The notes under the pieces were generated by a model, which saw nothing but the letters and a program-made list of their open reading frames with translations, searched no databases and had not been told where the DNA came from. From Candidatus Moraniibacteriota bacterium (GTDB lineage Bacteria; Patescibacteriota; Minisyncoccia; Moranbacterales; GWC2-37-73), in the NCBI GenBank assembly GCA_003507445.1, contig DNVR01000010.1, positions 1 through 47,389 of the forward strand: a DNA stretch of 47,389 nucleotides. Reading direction: 5' to 3'. How positions within the stretch are numbered: the first letter of the stretch is position 1; every line of letters begins with the position of its first letter. Shown one piece after another: positions 42,025 to 47,389 of the stretch. The position numbers and the translations under genes were made by a program.

Positions 42025-42123
42025 ATAGAAAGGTTTTAGGAATTAGGTACTAGGTTTTAGGTAACAAATAATACAAAGCATACACCTAATACCTGATACC
42101 TAGAACCTAGTTTTTATTTATTC

Positions 42124-42151
42124 ATTATACCAAACAAGGGGTTTTGAGCAA
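42124..42151 (-). promoter_or_regulatory. Minus-strand promoter module, copy 1 (TTGCTC-16 nt-TATAAT), upstream of the nuclease gene
   Basis: The plus-strand GAGCAA at 42146-42151 and ATTATA at 42124-42129 read as TTGCTC and TGGTATAAT on the minus strand. Part of the direct repeat 42124-42164. Confidence 0.55.
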
Positions 42152-42184
42152 GAAAAAAAGGTTGCGTCGCTGCACAACCTTTTA
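42152..42184 (-). terminator. Intrinsic terminator of the Cys-rich gene (minus strand)
   Basis: The minus strand reads AAGGTTGTGCAGCGACGCAACCTTTTTTT immediately after the stop codon. Confidence 0.7.
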
Positions 42185-42397
42185 TTACCAAGTATAATAC
42201 CGTACTCCATTGCAAACATCACAACGATGTATAGCATTAATGATAATAACATGCCCAGATTCTTTCAAGGGACAATTTTTCCGACGCTTCTCACCGCATC
42301 TGAAGCATTCATTACTGGGTACAGTTGAATCACTGCAACCAAGCACTCTAACAGCAGATTTCTCCGTACAACAATCAAAACAGAAAAAAATCTTCAC
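42185..42397 (-). CDS. Cys-rich 70-aa protein, probable zinc-ribbon
   Basis: GTG start preceded by AAAGGAGAGG. Nine Cys, including CFDCC, CFRCG and CDVCN pairs. Confidence 0.6.
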   Translation of the reverse strand: MKIFFCFDCCTEKSAVRVLGCSDSTVPSNECFRCGEKRRKNCPLKESGHVIIINAIHRCDVCNGVRYYTW

Positions 42398-42455
42398 ATA
42401 ACCTCTCCTTTTTGTTGTGATGTTAAAATACTCCGTACCATCATTTCATACTTTT

Positions 42456-42483
42456 ATTGTACCAAACATGAGATTTTGAGCAA
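42456..42483 (-). promoter_or_regulatory. Minus-strand promoter module, copy 2 (TTGCTC-16 nt-TACAAT), upstream of the Cys-rich gene
   Basis: The plus-strand GAGCAA at 42478-42483 and ATTGTA at 42456-42461. Part of the direct repeat 42456-42495. Confidence 0.5.
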
Positions 42484-42495
42484 GAAAAGTTGGTG

Positions 42496-42524
42496 TTGAC
42501 AAGTTCTTCTATTTTTATTATTAT
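42496..42524 (+). promoter_or_regulatory. Candidate promoter of the iscR-like/iscS/iscU operon (TTGACA-17 nt-TATTAT)
   Basis: TTGACA at 42496-42501 and TATTAT at 42519-42524, back-to-back with the minus-strand module. Confidence 0.5.
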
Positions 42525-42558
42525 GAATGTATACTAATTTAGTAGGGATTATTAAAAT

Positions 42559-42948
42559 ATGAAATTTTCAACCAAAGCAGAATATGGACTTAAGGCTATG
42601 ACTAATCTGGCGCAATGTTATCCAGTGCAAAAAACAATAGGCGAAATTGCAAAAGAAGAAAATGTTTCCCAAAAATATCTTGAAAGATTAATGGGAATCC
42701 TTCGAAATGGGGGAGTGGTGCAAAGTTCGAAAGGAAAGCAGGGTGGTTATGTGTTGTCGAAAGATCCAAAAAAAATTCCTGTTGGTGAAATTATAGAACT
42801 TTTGGATGGAGAAATTGCACCAATGCGCTGTGTGGGAAAATTCTGTTCCAGTGAGCATAAGTGTCCCTCTAGTGTTGTTTGGAACAAGCTGGGAGTGCAA
42901 ATAAAAAAAACATTGTATTCAATAAAATTAGATTCATTAGTAAAATAA
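42559..42948 (+). CDS. Rrf2-family transcriptional regulator (IscR-like, three clustered Cys)
   Basis: MKFSTKAEYGLKAMTNLA..., wHTH ISQKYLERLMGILRNGGVVQSSKGKQGGY, and CVGKFCSSEHKC. Confidence 0.85.
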   Translation: MKFSTKAEYGLKAMTNLAQCYPVQKTIGEIAKEENVSQKYLERLMGILRNGGVVQSSKGKQGGYVLSKDPKKIPVGEIIELLDGEIAPMRCVGKFCSSEHKCPSSVVWNKLGVQIKKTLYSIKLDSLVK

Positions 42949-42956
42949 GAAATTTT

Positions 42957-44180
42957 ATGAAAAAAATTTATTTAGACTACGCTGCAACCACTCCGGTTGA
43001 TAATAAAGTACTTGAAAAAATGCTACCATATTTTTCGCAAAATTTTGGCAATGCAATGAGTGTGCATAGTTTTGGGCAAGAAGCTTTGGAAGCAGTTGAT
43101 GAGGCTCGAGCAAAAGCCGCACTTTTTTTTCGTGCGAGTGCTTCTGAAATTATTTTTACCTCAGGAGCCACGGAAAGCAATAACCTTGTGGTAAAAGGAA
43201 GTTTACGTTCATATTATTCTGCTCCCAGAAGAGCTGGCGAAAAACCGCATATTATCACTACTAAATTTGAACATCATTGTGTACTAGATGCTTGCAAATT
43301 TGCAGAAAAAGATGGGCTTGCTGATGTGACATTTGTTGCACCTAATAAAGAAGGTTTAATTTCAATCAAAGACATCAAGGCAGCCATCAAACCCAACACA
43401 ATTTTAATTTCCGTGATGTACGTTAATAATGAAATTGGCACAGTGCAGCCAATTGCTGAGATAGGGAAGTTGCTCAAAAAAATAAACGCTGAGCGATTGG
43501 AGAAAAAAATGCCGCACATAACATTCCATACTGACGCTACCCAAGCCATCAACTATTTTAATTGCGATGTGGATGAACTTGGTGTTGATTTGCTTTCAAT
43601 GTCAGCACATAAAATTTATGGCCCGAAAGGTATTGGACTTTTGTATGTTAGAAAAGGCACTTTGATTAAACGCGTGCAAGATGGTGGCGATCAAGAATTC
43701 AGATTGCGAGCTGGAACACACAATGTTCCTGCCATAGTTGGACTTGGAGAAGCAATCAATATGATCAAAACTCCAGCCACGCAAAAAAATATTATTGAAA
43801 TAACCAAACTGCGAGATTATCTTATCAAGCGCGTACTAAAAGAGATTCCCAAGTCATATCTTAATGGCTCATCTGAAAAAAGATCGCCTAATAATGCAAA
43901 CTTTCGCTTTGATGATGTTGAAGGAGAAGGTTTAATACTTTCACTTGATTTGGATGGTATCGCAGCCTCCACTGGCTCAGCTTGCTCATCTGGAGCTCTT
44001 GATCCATCGCACGTCTTGCTTTCTTTGGGGCTTAAGCACGAGCAAGCTCACGGCAGTCTCAGATTAACCCTAGGAAAACACACCACCAAAAAAGAATTAG
44101 ACATTGTCATTGAAAAAATAAAAGAAGTAGTAAAGCGTCTAAGAAAAATTTCCGGCAACGTCCTCGCCGACTTCCAATAA
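42957..44180 (+). CDS. iscS: Cysteine desulfurase (IscS/NifS family)
   Basis: IYLDYAATTPVD, SGATESNN, SAHKIYGPKGIGLLY and STGSACSSG active-site loop. The ATG at 42957 is preferred to 42879. Confidence 0.9.
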   Translation: MKKIYLDYAATTPVDNKVLEKMLPYFSQNFGNAMSVHSFGQEALEAVDEARAKAALFFRASASEIIFTSGATESNNLVVKGSLRSYYSAPRRAGEKPHIITTKFEHHCVLDACKFAEKDGLADVTFVAPNKEGLISIKDIKAAIKPNTILISVMYVNNEIGTVQPIAEIGKLLKKINAERLEKKMPHITFHTDATQAINYFNCDVDELGVDLLSMSAHKIYGPKGIGLLYVRKGTLIKRVQDGGDQEFRLRAGTHNVPAIVGLGEAINMIKTPATQKNIIEITKLRDYLIKRVLKEIPKSYLNGSSEKRSPNNANFRFDDVEGEGLILSLDLDGIAASTGSACSSGALDPSHVLLSLGLKHEQAHGSLRLTLGKHTTKKELDIVIEKIKEVVKRLRKISGNVLADFQ

Positions 44181-44191
44181 AAAACCTTTTC

Positions 44192-44309
44192 TGTCATTCC
44201 CGCGGAGGCGGGAATCCAGGATAATACAAAAAAGTTAATTAAATCACAACTATTTTTATAGAAAACATTGCGTGCTAAACCTGGATTCCGGGTCAAGCCC
44301 GGAATGACA
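44192..44309. mobile_element. MITE-like element of the TGTCAT...ATGACA family (near-identical to 29471-29587)
   Basis: TGTCATTCCCGCGGAGGCGGGAATCCAGGATA ... GGGTCAAGCCCGGAATGACA. It fills the whole iscS-iscU spacer. Confidence 0.7.
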
Positions 44310-44310
44310 A

Positions 44311-44703
44311 ATGTTTATGCAAAAATATTCAAAAAAGGTTTTAGAACACTTTACCAAACCCCATAATCAGGGGAAAATTAAAAATGCAGACGGCGTTGGC
44401 ACTGTTGGCAATCCAAAGTGTGGCGATATTATGCGCCTATACATCAAGGTTTCCAAAGATAAACAAGGTCAGGAAATAATCAAAGATGTAAAATTTGAAA
44501 CATTGGGTTGCGGTGCAGCCATTTCAACCTCATCAATGACCACAGACTTAGCAAAAGGGAAAACCATCGAACAAGCCCTAGAAATAACCAACAAGAGCGT
44601 AGCAGAAGAACTAGGAGGTCTTCCTTCAGCCAAAATGCATTGCTCAAATCTGGCTGCTGATGCACTGCACGCTGCTATTAAAAATTATAAAACCAAGAAA
44701 TAA
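44311..44703 (+). CDS. iscU: Fe-S cluster assembly scaffold IscU/NifU-like (alternative start 44317)
   Basis: GNPKCGDIM, LGCGAAISTSSM and MHCSNLAADAL. Confidence 0.9.
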   Translation: MFMQKYSKKVLEHFTKPHNQGKIKNADGVGTVGNPKCGDIMRLYIKVSKDKQGQEIIKDVKFETLGCGAAISTSSMTTDLAKGKTIEQALEITNKSVAEELGGLPSAKMHCSNLAADALHAAIKNYKTKK

Positions 44704-44768
44704 AGCACTGAAAAATTTTATTTTTCAATATTTTTTTAATTAATTTATTAAATATTAAATAAAAAACT

Positions 44769-45182
44769 ATGCCAAATTTAAGAGAATTAAAAGTGGGGGA
44801 TGCAGAAAAATTAAAACCACTATTTAAGATACTTACAGGCAATGAAGTTTCTATAGATGAAACCGCATTAATTAGCGATCCAAATTCTATCTGTTTGGTT
44901 TTTGAAGAAGGAAATGAATTGATCGGCTTTGGGTCCTTGATAATTCACAAAGTTCCGACGAAAGGGGAAGTGGCCAGACTCGAAGATATTGTTATTGGCG
45001 ATAATAACCAAGGAAAAGGTCTTGGACGAGCATTGGTTTTAAGGTTAATTGAAATTGCAAAAGAGCGAAAAATAAAACAAATAAATCTTACAAGTAATCC
45101 GATGCGAGTTGCTGCGCAAAAGTTATATGAGTCAATTGGTTTCGTTAAATATAACACTGACACATTCAGAATGACTTTTTAG
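44769..45182 (+). CDS. GNAT-family N-acetyltransferase
   Basis: Acetyl-CoA binding block NNQGKGLGRALVLRLIEIAK ... AAQKLYESIGF. Confidence 0.8.
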   Translation: MPNLRELKVGDAEKLKPLFKILTGNEVSIDETALISDPNSICLVFEEGNELIGFGSLIIHKVPTKGEVARLEDIVIGDNNQGKGLGRALVLRLIEIAKERKIKQINLTSNPMRVAAQKLYESIGFVKYNTDTFRMTF

Positions 45183-45886
45183 TTTAAAATTAAAAAAGGT
45201 AACATTACCTTAATTTGTACATATCTCTACATTTTGATATATAAATAGGGTAGAAGACACCTTATTTATAAATATATACAATGTCGCACATTATATCTTT
45301 TACGACATATAATACAAATATGGGCTTAGCGAGGCATCTACCATTAACTATTCATTATTCTCTTATATACTCGCATTTACTATTATTATCAACCCAATTA
45401 ACCCATATTCCCCGCAACCATATTCTTTCATTTTTATATTCTCAACTTCTCCTCCTTGTCTTTTTAAGATATTTCAAGATAATATCTTATTTTTGACCTA
45501 ATCGTAAAATAATGCCTAAGATAAGCCATATTAGGAGGTATACGTATACCACTTTTTACCCAAAGAGGCCTTACAGGTCAATTTTGAGCGTCGTTTTATG
45601 ACTTAAACAAGCCATAATTTGGAGGTTATTTTAAGGTCTTTTCGGGGCATATTTTGACTGTTTTTGCCCTGGGATTGTATATTTTATTACTTCTAGTGTC
45701 TGTATATGGATTAATCAAATGCAAAGCTTCTAGAGTAAAATAAGAGGTCTTTTTGCGATCTCTGATATGCCAATCGCTAACATACATTTAAGTATTATTA
45801 GCTATAGAAAAAATTAAAAAAAATAAATTTTAAAATTTTTTGAAAAAATTACAAAAAACAATTTGAACAATAAGTTAAGCGCATAT

Positions 45887-45956
45887 TGTCATCTTCGGCT
45901 TAACTGGGATCCAGAGTGATGCCTAGCCCTTGATTCCATTTTTCACGGGAATGACA
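45887..45956. mobile_element. MITE-like element of the TGTCAT...ATGACA family (short copy)
   Basis: TGTCATCTTCGGCTTAACTGGGATCC ... TTTTTCACGGGAATGACA. Confidence 0.5.
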
Positions 45957-46102
45957 GTGGAGGTAAATAACAATCCTCCACCAAGATTGGTCCACCCTTT
46001 TTAATGTCGCACAACCCCTTTGTATGTAAAAAAGAAAAACATATAAAAAAATACGGAATAATTTATATGTTTAATTTGGAAACAAAGAAATAAACTGTGT
46101 CC

Positions 46103-47389
46103 TTAATCTTTATACACAATCATTTGATCAAGATATGTGCCTGTATTTGTACCCATAGCACCAACCAGAGCGCGAGAAGTGTCCAAATATAAATTAGCAC
46201 CAAAATATGGATCATGAACGACATACTTCCCTGTTTTGGATTCTTTCGTATGGATAACAACGTAGTGACCACCTTTTCCACCTGATTTTCCAATATAAAC
46301 AATCACGGGTTGTTTGTTTTTTACAAGTGAATCAATCGCTGTCCAACTCAAATTTCTATGCGAAGACCCATATGTATCCACCAGTGTTATTTTGGCATCT
46401 GACCATTCATTCATCTGCCACTTCATAAGATCAAATGAAAAAATCGGTTTTTTTGCCAATATTCCAGGGGTTATTTTACTGTCGCCATAAAATTTTGCAA
46501 CCATTGCAACTGAAGTCACTGCGCATCCCCAGTTTTTCATATCACTAGTTGAGTTACCAATGTTCACATCAGCCCATTTTGGATCTTTCTGAGAAAAAAA
46601 CCAACTGGTTGAAGCAAACACCGATGAAGGTGGCACATTTTTTTTAATATATTCATCCGCTGAAAGTCCACCAACACTGAAATTTCCACTCAAAAAGAGT
46701 TGGTCCATATTCAACAAATCTTGTTTTTGCTGTTCAACACGCTCAAGAAGTTGCGCATAGCGTGCTTCTTCGCCCTTGGTTTGTGCTAGCAAAGTCTCTT
46801 TTTGTTTTTTGGCAGACTCAAGAGTGGAACCCTGATTTTGCAATTTTTCTTTTGTTAGAACAAATTCTCCTTTTTTCTTATCAAGTTCTTTGCTTTGCAC
46901 TTCAAGATCATCCCTAATTTCCTTAACGGAAACAACCAGGTCTTTGATTTTATCCCCAGTCTGCGAAAGCCTGTCTTTTTCAACAATAAAGGAAGCAATG
47001 TTACCACTAGTTAAATATGAAACGATTGGACTTGCCAAATTCACTTCATAATATGCTTGCATCAAATTTGCCAACATTTCTTTTTGTGACAAAATTGTTT
47101 CACTTTTTTCTTTAATCTGTGCTTCAATGCGTGTTATTTGACTGTTATAATCATCGATTTGTTGTTTGCTGACTTCTATTTGAGCTTGAACCTGCTGAAT
47201 ACTAGTGTCAGTTATAGCCAGCTGATTATTTAATGTTTCGCCTTGCTTCTTTTTAATATCAATAATCTCGCGATAGACATCCGCGCGTTTTTCCAATTCC
47301 TCTATTTTTTCCTGCGTTTCTTCTTGCGCCTCAGTAATCTCATTTTCAATGCTATCAGTTTCAGCTTTAATATTTTGCCAAAACAAAAA
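46103..47389 (-). CDS. Coiled-coil protein with a C-terminal C39-like (papain-fold) peptidase domain, a putative PcsB/EnvC-style cell-wall hydrolase. The N-terminus probably lies outside the window
   Basis: About 230 aa of heptad-rich sequence, then NWGCAVTSVAMVAKFYG (Cys) and GGHYVVIH (His). The frame is open to the window edge. Confidence 0.65.
   Translation of the reverse strand, partial: FLFWQNIKAETDSIENEITEAQEETQEKIEELEKRADVYREIIDIKKKQGETLNNQLAITDTSIQQVQAQIEVSKQQIDDYNSQITRIEAQIKEKSETILSQKEMLANLMQAYYEVNLASPIVSYLTSGNIASFIVEKDRLSQTGDKIKDLVVSVKEIRDDLEVQSKELDKKKGEFVLTKEKLQNQGSTLESAKKQKETLLAQTKGEEARYAQLLERVEQQKQDLLNMDQLFLSGNFSVGGLSADEYIKKNVPPSSVFASTSWFFSQKDPKWADVNIGNSTSDMKNWGCAVTSVAMVAKFYGDSKITPGILAKKPIFSFDLMKWQMNEWSDAKITLVDTYGSSHRNLSWTAIDSLVKNKQPVIVYIGKSGGKGGHYVVIHTKESKTGKYVVHDPYFGANLYLDTSRALVGAMGTNTGTYLDQMIVYKD

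Noticed and set aside
45281-45496. 71-aa plus-strand ORF in the long spacer
   Set aside because: It is a low-complexity Leu/Ser/His/Ile-rich translation of AT-rich DNA with no SD.
45280-46013. 11-nt direct repeat AATGTCGCACA as att-like boundaries of an integrated element
   Set aside because: I kept this only as a remark inside the spacer finding. An 11-mer match in AT-rich DNA is weak evidence, and no integrase or cargo gene lies between the copies.
1-47389. Alternative genetic code (UGA = Gly, code 25), as used by some CPR lineages
   Set aside because: All conserved proteins (ClpB, PurL, PyrG, GlyA, IscS) are full length under the standard code. Several genes also end at TGA at the expected C-terminal positions (for example 14865-15155 and 35703-36251).

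Overview
AT-rich, gene-dense bacterial window. The gene content suggests a small-genome Patescibacteria/CPR-type organism. This is an inference from a DUF4012 protein, a sortase with TSP3-like Ca-binding repeats, an archaeal-type UMP kinase, a stand-alone PolB-like DEDD exonuclease, a 'sunset'-type Cys domain and standard-code TGA stops. The housekeeping backbone is lepA (3' end), an ftsB-like gene, a PpiC-type PPIase, ferredoxin, htrA, clpB, rplI, pyrG, a NUDIX gene, rpmA, pyrH, and an iscR-like/iscS/iscU operon followed by a GNAT gene. An envelope-polysaccharide block runs from 20.2 to 30.5 kb: a GT4 fragment, a Wzz-like protein, DUF4012, rfbC, rfbB, a TIM-barrel gene, rfbD, glyA, rfbA and galU. 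Two stretches are visibly more G+C-rich than their flanks and have strong Shine-Dalgarno (SD) sites and their own terminators. One is a purM-like/purL pair (7.4-12.6 kb). The other is a two-gene secreted/membrane-protein cassette (17.2-19.7 kb) next to a sortase and its LPASG substrate. Unknown or accessory loci are listed here. (1) A catalytically dead HtrA paralog. (2) A YerC/TrpR-like gene bracketed by two copies of a 40-nt palindrome. (3) A HEPN-like gene plus a coiled-coil gene. (4) An orphan cytoplasmic histidine kinase. (5) A Cas4-like PD-(D/E)XK nuclease followed by two SD-led micro-ORFs. (6) A Cys-rich 70-aa gene bracketed by a duplicated promoter module. The non-coding DNA holds at least three repeat families: TGTCAT...ATGACA MITE-like elements, CCCCnGTTAAAT...ATTTAACGGGG palindromic leader elements, and long strand-asymmetric AT-rich palindromes. 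It also holds several unusually long structured spacers. I recognised no rRNA, tRNA, CRISPR array, transposase or integrase. All homology calls come from reading motifs by eye. No database search was possible.
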